A DNA stretch of 64,000 nucleotides from Promethearchaeota archaeon. GTDB taxonomy: Archaea; Asgardarchaeota; Lokiarchaeia; Sigyniarchaeales; SOKP01. Made by a program: the position numbers and the translations under genes. The DNA lies in NCBI GenBank assembly GCA_030599585.1, contig JAUVNS010000002.1:1-64000 (forward strand). The letters are read 5' to 3'. Under the pieces are notes generated by a model. It was not told the DNA's origin. It did no database searches and worked only from the letters and a program-made list of their open reading frames with translations. Shown here in pieces: positions 9,646-20,100 of this stretch (the stretch's first letter is position 1; each line of letters opens with the position of its first letter).

Positions 9646-10499
9646 TAAATTGCTTTATAGATCCAATTTTTTTAGCTATTAACAATAATATTTCCACAAA
9701 ACATTATTCTGAAGTGTTATTTCCAATTTTATCAGGTTTCTGTAATAGAATTAAGGATATTGAACAAGAAAAGCAAGAAAGAATCTTTAAATTCAATTTT
9801 TCTTCAGAATTTCTTTTACTCTGTATGAATCAAGATCCTTTCAGATTTGCGAAAAATATTGCATTTAGTCACTTATTTAGAAAATTTTTATCTAAATTTT
9901 TTAAAACCCATAAAAATCCTTCATGTCAAATTAAAAACAGCAACCATTCCAAAATAAAATTTAAATATATAAATAAAAATGTCCCAAAAGAAATTATTGA
10001 TAACTGGAATTTGTTTCTAAATGATTGCAATTCACTAGAGTGTTGTGAAAAAAATTTGATTTTAATTACAAACAGTAAATTAGGTTCAATACAAGATTCT
10101 GGGTATGATGATTTATTTCAAAGAATATCTCAAGATTTATCAGAATGGTTAAACAATCAGACTTTATGTGATTCAGGTATAATACCTCCTAAAACTAAAA
10201 TTGATCCAAAACTAAAACTCGATGGGGATTGGAAACATCATCATGATAAATCACCTCTTTTAAGTAGAATTTTGAATAAAATCTGCAATTCTAATTTTAT
10301 TACAAAAATCATCCCCAAAGCACATGAAAACCCTCCTCATTCACACCGAATTTCAGTCCATACCTCAAACTCAATTAAATTGATAATAAAAGCTAAAAAA
10401 ACGGGAGAAGTTTATATTTTAAAAACAACTGCAAGGAATGTTTCTGAAGTTAATTATATTATCACAGATTTAAAAAAGAATATCCAAGCAATTCAGTAA
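9642..10499 (+). CDS. Hypothetical protein, putative effector of the ATPase
   Basis: ATGA overlap with the ATPase stop. Cys/His-rich, with GDWKHHH near the C-terminus. Confidence 0.6.
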   Translation: MINCFIDPIFLAINNNISTKHYSEVLFPILSGFCNRIKDIEQEKQERIFKFNFSSEFLLLCMNQDPFRFAKNIAFSHLFRKFLSKFFKTHKNPSCQIKNSNHSKIKFKYINKNVPKEIIDNWNLFLNDCNSLECCEKNLILITNSKLGSIQDSGYDDLFQRISQDLSEWLNNQTLCDSGIIPPKTKIDPKLKLDGDWKHHHDKSPLLSRILNKICNSNFITKIIPKAHENPPHSHRISVHTSNSIKLIIKAKKTGEVYILKTTARNVSEVNYIITDLKKNIQAIQ

Positions 10500-10623
10500 T
10501 CTCTATCCAATAAAAATTATTTTTAATAAAATTTTAGATGCAGGAATCTTTAGGTTTTTTGATTTTTTTCACTAAAAGGTCTCTTAATTCCATTTTTTCT
10601 TTCTTTAATATATTATTGAATTT

Positions 10624-10637
10624 CGGTTATTTCACGA
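10624..10637 (-). repeat. Partial dyad site D (CGGTTA-TTTCACGA)
   Basis: 14/14 identical to 7789-7802; intergenic. Confidence 0.8.
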
Positions 10638-10747
10638 AGAATTAAAAAGAACTTATTTTAAACAATTATTAATGGCGGTTTAATAGTAATTAATTTATTA
10701 AATATCCCACATATAATAGATTAAACATCCAAGAAAGGCCAATTTTA

Positions 10748-13720
10748 ATGACAATAGATAGTTATGTAAAGTCTAAAGATACTATTCCTGATTTCAATAT
10801 TGGGGAGATTGTTGAAGCTCGAGATAGATTGTGGCGTATAGATCAAATTCATAAAGTAGAAAAAGAAATTAAAGAAGTCAAGAACAAATTTATTTATTAT
10901 TCTGTTAGCAATATTACAGGTCAGCCATCGTCTCAAGTGTTAATTCCCGATATTGAAATAATTAAAAAATCGGTTGTTCCAAAACCCTCCTCTGAAATTA
11001 TTGGCTCCCCATTATATCAGAAATTATTATTGGACGCAATTAAATTGGACTTAATTTACGGAACAACTTCATTTATCAGCCTTCAAAATTCGAAGGTCAT
11101 TCCAATATCTTATCAAATGGTTCCTGTTTTAATGGCATTAAATTTAAAAAATGTCCGATTGCTGTTAGCTGACGATGTTGGGTTAGGTAAAACTATTGAA
11201 GCGGGACTGATTTTGCAGGAACTCTTAGGACGCAAGAGAATAAATAGAGTTTTATTTGTAACGCCCGCAAATCTTCGAGAACAATGGCAAGCAATACTTA
11301 AAAAGTTCTTTGGAATTGATGCCGTAATTATGTCTCGCAGGAATCGAAGAAAATTAGAATCAGAGTTGTTAGTTGGTGGTAATCCGTGGGGTTACTATAA
11401 TTTTGTTATTACATCCATCGATTATGGTAAGAGACCAGGAGTCAAAGAAGAAATAATTCAGTTTGATTGGGATATGATTGTCATTGACGAGGCTCACAAT
11501 GTAATGCGACCTCATTTAGGCACTGACGACGAAAAATCTAAATCTTTTAAGCAAAGTTATGGTTTCGCAAAATTATTAGCTAATCAAGATAAGTTCCCCC
11601 ATTTTCTTCTGCTATCAGCAACTCCACACAATGGATACAAGGATTCTTTCGTCAGTCTGCTTGAAATGATTAACTCCAAAATTGTTTCGAAAGATTCTTC
11701 AAATAATATTCATATCGATAGAGATCTTGCTATAAGTCACATTTGCCAGCGTAGGCGTGAAGATGTTCAAGATTGGATATTAGAAAGTAAGTATAAAAAA
11801 AGAGTTTTCCCAGATAGGGATTCTGATGAGATATATATCACTCCTTCAGATAAATTTATCGAGACTTTCGAACTAATAAACCAATATTTTGATTTTGTTT
11901 TAACTCGATCTGAAGGTGACCCACTAGAAAGAAGGAAGTTGAACTATTGGACTATACTTCACTTTCATAAACGAGCTATTAGCTCTCCAAACGCTTTAAA
12001 GCGTTCCATTGAAAATCGTTTGGAAGAAGTTAATAATGTTCTAAATAAAAATTATAGAGCTATTGAGGATACGAGCTCTTTTTTATCCATAGATGAAGCA
12101 GCACAATCTGTTATGGATGGCTACGAGACAGATAGATTAACCGAAGAAGAACTCGATCTAAGAAACGATAAACTAATCCTAACTAAAAAGATGGCAGATT
12201 TAAAAAGAGAAAAAGACATGCTCATTGAGATAAAAGAATCGGCATTAGAGTTAATGAAAAGTGACAGAAAAATTATTGAATTATTAGATGTCATTCTTCC
12301 TGAAAGGTTTAAAATTTCTAAAAAGATAATCATTTTCACGAGATATATTCATACTCTTGAATATATTAAGGAACGATTGGAAGAAAAGATAAAAGAAAGC
12401 CCAATGAAATATAAAGATATTGAAGTTTTTCATATACACGGTCAAATGGCATCCCAACTTAGAAAAGACACTTATGATAACTTTTTGAAAGCTAAACAAG
12501 GTATTTTAATATCAACTGATTGCATGGCAGAAGGAATTGATCTACAATTCTCAGCAGATCAAATCATAAATTACGAACTTACTTGGAATCCTAACCGTCT
12601 TGAGCAGAGAAATGGTAGAATCGATAGATTTGGTCAACCTAAAGATATTGTTTATATTAGAACATTAATTTTAAAAGACACTTTAGAAATGGACATTCTG
12701 GAAGTTCTTGTAAAAAAAGCAAATGAAATTAAAAAAGCATATGGCTTCGTACCTGGTTTTTTTGGAGACCCTGAATCTGTAATTGACCATATATTAGCAA
12801 AACGCAAGAAAGAGCGAAAACAGACAACAATGGATAAATGGATCAAATTTTCGAAGGTTTTAGACGATTTAGTTTCAATTTTTTTCTCTGAAAAGAATGT
12901 AAAAGCCATGATGGAGGACTCTTTTTACGGTCATTCTAACATTAACTTAGAAGAAATTGAGCAACGGATGAGGCTAACGGAGGAAAATATTGGAAACGAC
13001 CAAACTTTACTCGCGTTTTTAAAAAGTGCTATTGATTTATATAAAGGTAATATAGAACCCTCAAAAGAAGAAGATCGAATTTTTGAGATTACGCTTCCAA
13101 AAGAAGTACAAAAAGATATCGGTGAGAATTTTGGAGAAAAATATTTAATCACCCCAAACATGGATGTTAGTGCTTCTCGCAACGATGTAGAAGGAATAAA
13201 TTTAAAGAATCCATTAGTTTCTGGACTTGTAGAAAAAGTTAAGAACGAAGCATTTTCGGTTGATAATGAGTTTTATGGCAGAACTGCTGCTTTTCTTAGC
13301 TCTGAGACTAAGAAGGTTTCCGTTTTGTTTTATGCTAAAATAAGATATGTTGTACATACAGAACCAAAAAGCTTAATGGAAGAAATTACTCCTTTAGGAG
13401 TTGATTTATTTAGTGAAACTCGATTGGATAACGCTTTAGTTGATAAGATTTGGAATTCCGAGTGGGAAAATCACGGTAAAAATTTAGTTGAATTAAAAAA
13501 ACATCTTAATAGAGCTCTCAGTATACACAATTTGGAGTCCATGTTCAATGATCTTGCTCACGAAAGGCTGAAGATAATTATCAACGAGCGAAAAGAAATG
13601 ATAAATAATTTGGCGAAACAAGGGATCGCAACGGATCTAGAGGGAATTGAAAAGATTGATGTAGTGGGCGTCGATTTATTAACAATTTCTTTGGTTTATC
13701 CACCCATTAGGGGTACTTAA
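10748..13720 (+). CDS. SNF2-family helicase, DISARM DrmD-like
   Basis: LLADDVGLGKTIEAG, DEAH, LSATPHNG, EGIDLQ, WNPNRLEQRNGRIDRFGQ. Confidence 0.85.
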   Translation: MTIDSYVKSKDTIPDFNIGEIVEARDRLWRIDQIHKVEKEIKEVKNKFIYYSVSNITGQPSSQVLIPDIEIIKKSVVPKPSSEIIGSPLYQKLLLDAIKLDLIYGTTSFISLQNSKVIPISYQMVPVLMALNLKNVRLLLADDVGLGKTIEAGLILQELLGRKRINRVLFVTPANLREQWQAILKKFFGIDAVIMSRRNRRKLESELLVGGNPWGYYNFVITSIDYGKRPGVKEEIIQFDWDMIVIDEAHNVMRPHLGTDDEKSKSFKQSYGFAKLLANQDKFPHFLLLSATPHNGYKDSFVSLLEMINSKIVSKDSSNNIHIDRDLAISHICQRRREDVQDWILESKYKKRVFPDRDSDEIYITPSDKFIETFELINQYFDFVLTRSEGDPLERRKLNYWTILHFHKRAISSPNALKRSIENRLEEVNNVLNKNYRAIEDTSSFLSIDEAAQSVMDGYETDRLTEEELDLRNDKLILTKKMADLKREKDMLIEIKESALELMKSDRKIIELLDVILPERFKISKKIIIFTRYIHTLEYIKERLEEKIKESPMKYKDIEVFHIHGQMASQLRKDTYDNFLKAKQGILISTDCMAEGIDLQFSADQIINYELTWNPNRLEQRNGRIDRFGQPKDIVYIRTLILKDTLEMDILEVLVKKANEIKKAYGFVPGFFGDPESVIDHILAKRKKERKQTTMDKWIKFSKVLDDLVSIFFSEKNVKAMMEDSFYGHSNINLEEIEQRMRLTEENIGNDQTLLAFLKSAIDLYKGNIEPSKEEDRIFEITLPKEVQKDIGENFGEKYLITPNMDVSASRNDVEGINLKNPLVSGLVEKVKNEAFSVDNEFYGRTAAFLSSETKKVSVLFYAKIRYVVHTEPKSLMEEITPLGVDLFSETRLDNALVDKIWNSEWENHGKNLVELKKHLNRALSIHNLESMFNDLAHERLKIIINERKEMINNLAKQGIATDLEGIEKIDVVGVDLLTISLVYPPIRGT

Positions 13721-13722
13721 CA

Positions 13723-16700
13723 ATGGTATCTAAAGGTGCGTTATTAAGAAATATTAGACCAAGTGGGGGGCTATTTACTGAAAATATCCTCTTAAGATTG
13801 CGTGATAACCCTATTCAACTAGAAATTGGAAAAATAGATTCATTTCTCGAAGAAGATACTAAAGAAGAAAGAAAAAAATTAATAGAAAAAAAGCAAATAA
13901 TTTTTGATTGGTGTATTCAAAAATGGGATGAAATATCCCCAAATATAGAAGAATGGTCAATAGAAGATTTAGCAAAAAAATGGTTATTCCCTCTCTTTAC
14001 TCTTTTTGATCATGAAATTGAAGACTTTGAAATAAATAAGGAAAATTTGGACGAGGACAGCATACTAAAAGAATTCAGAATTTCTTATCAATCCCAAGAT
14101 CATAGAGATCCATTCTTTCATTATGTTAGTGTAGATGAAGATTTTGATTCTAACATTGATAGAAATCCCCAGAAGAAATCACATCATAATGTGTGTCAAC
14201 AATTTATAAACTTTAATCCCGAAATAAAATGGCTCTTCCTTTCCAATGGGCGTATTCTACGGATATTAACCAAATATTATCATTCCTATTCGAAAGGGTA
14301 TTTGGAATTTGATTTAGAAAACATTTTCGCAAATCGAGATGAAAGGGAATTTGATACACTCTATTCCATAATTCACATGAGTAGATTTATTCCTGATTAT
14401 AAAGATCATAAATTTTTGATTGATGTATTTCAGAAAGAATCTATTTCTGAAGGTGTTAAGATAGGTGATGCTCTAAGAGATAACATCCATGATGCGATAG
14501 AACTATTAGGAAATGAATTAATCCAACAAAATCCAAGATTTCAGGAATATTTTTTTACAAATGAAATTGATAAAGAAGAATATTATGCTGAACTTTTGAG
14601 GATTATCTATAGGATTATCTTTCTATTATACGCAGAACAGCGAGAAATGTTGCCAATGTTGGATTCTATATATTTTAAAGAATTCTCTCTTTCTTCTCTG
14701 AGGTTATTATCAGAAAAACCAATAAAAGCAGAAAAGAATTACGATTTGTGGAAAAAAATCTTTATCACCTTCAGATTGGTGGATAAGGGCAACGAACTTC
14801 TTGCTGTTAATTGTTTTAATGGGAGCTTGTTTAATAACGATTATTTACCTATAATTGTAAATAATGATCTTAAGATATCGAATGATGTTTTATTAAATAT
14901 AATTAGATTATTAACTACATCCAAGAACTATAATGTGCTTCAAAAAATTAATTTCCTTGAAATTAGTGAAGAAGAAATTGGTGCAATATATGAATCCCTC
15001 CTTGATTATAAACCAGAGTTTGATATCAATTCTCAGTTTAAATTGACTCAAGGGAATGATCGAAAAAGTACAGGATCTTACTATACCCCAAAGAGCATTG
15101 TAGATTTACTAATAGAATCAACATTGGAATCTACAATAAATGAATTAGAATCTCTTCAAGGAGATTCAAATAAAATACTTGAAAGCTTAAAAGACATTAA
15201 AATATGTGATCCTGCATGTGGAGGGGGTACTTTTTTACTTTCTGCTATGGATTTATTAGGAAAAAAAATAGCAGAAATAAATTCTAATCTTGAAATACCC
15301 TCAGAACTTGAGATAAGAGAAGCCAGGAGAGAAGCGCTTCAAAGATGTATTTATGGGGTAGATAAAAACTCGCTCGCAACTGAATTAACTAAGATATCTC
15401 TTTGGTTGCGAGCTTGTGTTAATGATAAACCACTCAATTTTCTTGATAATCACATTAAAAATGGAAATTCTTTAATTGGTTTCGAAATATATAATAACGA
15501 TTTGCAGATAAGACCTGAAAACTTCAAGGCTCCATCAAAAGAGGTTAAAGAACTAAAATTTGATCATAAAAAGCTTACAAATCAGATAAAGAAAGAAGTT
15601 ATTATGAAATCAAAATCTACAAAAAAAATAGTACACATTACATCCTTCATTTCAGAAAAGGAAGATACTATTTCAGATTTGGATGAATTCCAAAATTTAT
15701 TACAAATGAGTGAAACAGACATAAAAGATTTAAAAAAAAAAGAAATTGAATACAACAAATTGCGTAAAAAACAAAATTTCTTGAAATTATTAAATATAGG
15801 AAATTCGATAACCGCGACTTATTTCTGGCCTACTACAGAGCAATTTTTAAAAAATTATCCAAATAATACAGTTTTAGATGAATTTAAAGCGGGGATTCTG
15901 AGTGATAACAACAAAAAAATCTTAAAAAACGCAAATCAAATTGCATATAGAATTAATTTTTTTCATTGGTATTTAGAATTTCCAGAAATTTTCACGAGAA
16001 AAGCAAAAGGATTCGATATAATTATTACTAACCCTCCTTATATAAGTTCAAAGGAGATAATTCTTGAAGAGAAACATTATTATAAAAATCAATATCAATC
16101 AGCCATTCAACAATACGATCTTTATTCATTATTTTTAGAAAGATGTTTTGGATTACTAAAGCAAGGAGGAAGAATGGGATTGATAATTCCCGATTCTTTT
16201 CTAGGACGTAGTAGCTTTGAATTTATAAGATCATTCTTATTGAGTAATTCAATAATCATAAAGATAATTCAAATCAATAATGTATTTACGGATGCAAATG
16301 TTTCAAATGTAATAATCATTTTACAGAAAAATAAACCCTATATTGAACATCAGATTTTATTTTCACGCTACATTGATCTTGAAGATTTTCGAAACAATTT
16401 GTGTGAAAGTGTTAAAATTCCACAAAAGTTTTTATTAGACTTTCCTAAATCTCGGATATTATTTTTAAAAAAGACAGCTCGAAAAATCCTTGAAAAAATA
16501 AAATTAAACTCTTTTCTATTAGGAGCTATAATCGATATTCATAGAGGTGAAGAAATAGGTCGGAAATCAGATAAGGTTAAAGAAAAATCTAGTAAAGAGA
16601 ATCAGAAATTATTAAGAGGAGGAGATGTTAAGAGATATACAATAGATTTTTCAGAAAAATACATTCCAATAACAGCAATAAAAAAAACGGAATTATACTC

Positions 16701-17118
16701 CTCGCCTAAGATTGTAATAAGGCAGCTTGGTGATTCCATTAATGCAATGGTCGATTTGAAAGAAAATTTTGTTACAATACAAGCAATTTATAATGTTAAG
16801 TTAACAGATGACATTTATGATTATTATGCCATTCTGGGGATACTTAATTCAAAAATGATGAATTTTTATTATAATGTAATGTATAAAGAAAAAGAACTAT
16901 TTCCGAGAATATTGTTAGAAAATATTAAAGATTTACCCATTCCCTTAGATTTAAAAGAAAATCAAGAAAAAATTTCAAAGAAGGTTCAACAACTAATTGA
17001 AAAGAAAGAAGAAAATGAAAGCATTGAAAAGTTAGAAACTGAAATTAATAATTTTATTTTTAACTTATACAATTTAGAAATTAATGAAATTGAATATATT
17101 ACGAATGTTATGGATTAG
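13723..17118 (+). CDS. Type IIG-like N6-adenine DNA methyltransferase (DrmMI/Eco57I-like) with TaqI_C-like TRD, copy 1
   Basis: IGAIYESLL, RKSTGSYYTP, DPACGGGTFL, FHWYLEFPEIF, TNPPY, LGILNS. Confidence 0.9.
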   Translation: MVSKGALLRNIRPSGGLFTENILLRLRDNPIQLEIGKIDSFLEEDTKEERKKLIEKKQIIFDWCIQKWDEISPNIEEWSIEDLAKKWLFPLFTLFDHEIEDFEINKENLDEDSILKEFRISYQSQDHRDPFFHYVSVDEDFDSNIDRNPQKKSHHNVCQQFINFNPEIKWLFLSNGRILRILTKYYHSYSKGYLEFDLENIFANRDEREFDTLYSIIHMSRFIPDYKDHKFLIDVFQKESISEGVKIGDALRDNIHDAIELLGNELIQQNPRFQEYFFTNEIDKEEYYAELLRIIYRIIFLLYAEQREMLPMLDSIYFKEFSLSSLRLLSEKPIKAEKNYDLWKKIFITFRLVDKGNELLAVNCFNGSLFNNDYLPIIVNNDLKISNDVLLNIIRLLTTSKNYNVLQKINFLEISEEEIGAIYESLLDYKPEFDINSQFKLTQGNDRKSTGSYYTPKSIVDLLIESTLESTINELESLQGDSNKILESLKDIKICDPACGGGTFLLSAMDLLGKKIAEINSNLEIPSELEIREARREALQRCIYGVDKNSLATELTKISLWLRACVNDKPLNFLDNHIKNGNSLIGFEIYNNDLQIRPENFKAPSKEVKELKFDHKKLTNQIKKEVIMKSKSTKKIVHITSFISEKEDTISDLDEFQNLLQMSETDIKDLKKKEIEYNKLRKKQNFLKLLNIGNSITATYFWPTTEQFLKNYPNNTVLDEFKAGILSDNNKKILKNANQIAYRINFFHWYLEFPEIFTRKAKGFDIIITNPPYISSKEIILEEKHYYKNQYQSAIQQYDLYSLFLERCFGLLKQGGRMGLIIPDSFLGRSSFEFIRSFLLSNSIIIKIIQINNVFTDANVSNVIIILQKNKPYIEHQILFSRYIDLEDFRNNLCESVKIPQKFLLDFPKSRILFLKKTARKILEKIKLNSFLLGAIIDIHRGEEIGRKSDKVKEKSSKENQKLLRGGDVKRYTIDFSEKYIPITAIKKTELYSSPKIVIRQLGDSINAMVDLKENFVTIQAIYNVKLTDDIYDYYAILGILNSKMMNFYYNVMYKEKELFPRILLENIKDLPIPLDLKENQEKISKKVQQLIEKKEENESIEKLETEINNFIFNLYNLEINEIEYITNVMD

Positions 17119-17136
17119 AAATAAAGGAAATAAAAA

Positions 17137-20100
17137 ATGGCTTCAAAAAGTGCGTTATTGAGAAATATCAGGCCCAGCGGAGGTTTATTCACCGAAAATA
17201 TTCTCTTAAGGTTAAGAGACAATCCAAATCAATTAAAAATTGGAAAAATTGATTCATTTCTCAAGGAAGATACGAAGGAAGAAAGGAAAAAATTAACAGA
17301 TAAAAAGCAGATAATTTTTGATTGGTGTATTCAAAAATGGGATGAAATATCCCCAAATATAGAAGAATGGTCAATCGAAGATTTAGCAAAAAAATGGTTA
17401 ATCCCTCTGTTTACTCTTTTTGATCATGAAATAGAAGACTTTGAAATAAATAAGGAAAATTTAGACGAGGACAGTATACTAAAAGAATTCAGAATTTCTT
17501 ATCAATCCCGAGATCATATAAATCCATTTTTTCATTATGTTAGTGTAAATGAAGATTTCGATTCTAAAAATGATAGAAATCCCCAGAAAAAATCGCATCA
17601 TAATGTATGTCAACAATTTATAAACTTTAATCCCGAAATAAAATGGCTCTTCCTTTCCAATGGGCGTATTCTAAGGATATTAACAAAATATTATCATTCA
17701 TATTCAAAAGGATATTTGGAATTTGATTTAGAAAACATTTTCGCAAATCGAGATGAAAGAGAATTTAATACACTCTATTCAATAATTCATTCCAGCAGGT
17801 TTAATAGTAAAATTGAAGATGATTCTTTATTAATTGATGAATTTCAGAAAGATTCTATTATTGAAGGTGTGAAAATAGGCGATACTTTACGCGATAACGT
17901 CGAAAACGCATTAGAATTACTAGGAAATGAATTAATACAACAAAATTTAGATAAAATTGATTTAGATAAAATTGATGTTAACGAATTTTACGCTGAATTA
18001 TTGAGAATTATTTATCGAATTATATTTATCCTTTATGCTGAGCAGCGAGATATGCTCCCTGGAGCGGGTTCTCTTTATTTCGAGCAATTTTCTTTATCTT
18101 CTCTTAGAATTCGAGCCGAAAAACCCATAAAAGCTGAAAAGAATTACGATTTGTGGAACAAGATGTTACTAACATTCAATTTAGTTAGGGATGGAAATTC
18201 TCTTCTCGGAGTTAATAGTTATAATGGAAGTCTATTTAAAGAAGATAACCTGCGAATAATCCTGAAAAATGGCATGAAGATTTCAAATGATATAGTTTTA
18301 AAGGTTATTAGATTATTAACCACTTCTGCTAATCATAAAGTAAGACAAAGAATAAATTTTTTAGAGGTTTCGGAAGAGGAAATTGGAGCGATTTATGAAT
18401 CTCTTTTAGATTTTAAACCATATATATCGTCAACCTCGCAATTTCAACTAATTGAAGGAACTGAAAGAAAGAGTACTGGTTCATATTACACTCCAAAGGC
18501 TTTAATTGATATTTTAATCAGAACTACATTAGAACCTTTAGTTGAGGATCGATTAATTAAGATTGTAGATGATGGACATGCGAGAGAAAGTGCTATATTG
18601 AGTATAAAAGTATGTGATCCGGCTTGTGGTGGCGGAACATTTTTATTATCAGCTCTAGACTATTTGGGAAAAAGATTGGCAGAAGTAAGAACTATTTTAG
18701 ATTCTCCTTTAGAAGGTGATTTGAGGGAAGCTCGTAGAGATGTTTTACAGCATTGTATTTATGGTGTTGATATGAATCCTCTTGCCGTAGAACTAGCGAA
18801 AATATCTTTATGGTTGAGAGCTTGTGTTAAGGATAAACCTCTAAATTTTTTGGATAATCATATTAAATGTGGAAATAGTTTAATTGGTTTAGGGGAAAAA
18901 ATAGAAATAGATAAGATAAATCCAAATGCTTTTGAAACAATTTCAGGAAATAAAGCAACTGGGATCCCTCCTGAAAATAAAAGATTAAAAAGTAAAGCAC
19001 GTGAAATTATTAAAAAAGAAATTAATGAAAGAAATAAGCAAGGAAAAACATCATTAATAACATCTTTTTTTACTGAAAGAAGAACTGCAGATATTTGCAG
19101 TGCTAAATTTAAAGAAATTATCTATATGCCCGAAACTGATCCTAATAAGATAAAAGAAAAAGAACAGAAATATGAAGTTCTAAGATTAAATGAAAATTAT
19201 CAACAAGCTCTTAATGAAGCACATATTTGGACTTCCACCTTCTTTTGGCCATTTGAGGGAGATTCATTAGGAGAAATTCCAAGATATACCACAATTGAAC
19301 AGTTAAGAGATAAGATTGTTGACCCCGAATTGGATAATTTAATGAAAAAAATAAATAATATCACTAAAGAGAACCAATTTTTTCATTGGTATATTGAATT
19401 TCCGGAAGTCTTCTCTTCTGAGAGGGGAGGATTTGATTGCATTTTAACAAATCCACCTTGGGAGGCTTTAGAACTGAAGGAAAGTGAATTTTTTACAGGG
19501 CTTGATGATGAAATCCTCAATGCTGCTAATCAATCTGAAAGAAGAAAACTCATTAAATCTCTTAGAGAAAAAGCACCTAAACTTTTTATTGAATATATGA
19601 ACGCATGGAGATCAATGAAAAAGCTTGGTCATTTTTTAAGAAAATCTGGTTTATATGAACTTTCTGCTAAAGGAACAATAAATACTTATGCTATATTTGT
19701 TGAAAGGTGTTGGAATATAATTAATCCAAATGGTTATGCTGGAATGATTACACCTACCGGAATAATTATGAATTTTTATATGCAAGAATTGTTTCAAGCA
19801 TTTGTACAAAAGAAATCGATTATGTCGATATTTGATTTTAAAAATAAAAAAGGAATTTTTAAAATACATAGGGATTATCGTTTTTGTTTAATAACTTTGG
19901 CAGGTAAAAAGATTGTAAAGGATATCATCCCTATGGTTTTTTATAGCTTAGATCCTTTTGAGATACAAGAGTATTTAAGTTTAATAATTGAAAATAAAAA
20001 AGATTTAATTAATAAAGTCAAAAAACTTCCTGATGATCATAAATTAATCCTTCTTCAACAGCAAGATTTTGAAGTATTCAATCCAAATACATTGACCTGT

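Noticed and set aside
2596-10637. Dyad repeats as a CRISPR array or as simple terminators
   Set aside because: Spacing is kilobases and irregular, and three of the four copies cannot form the hairpin.
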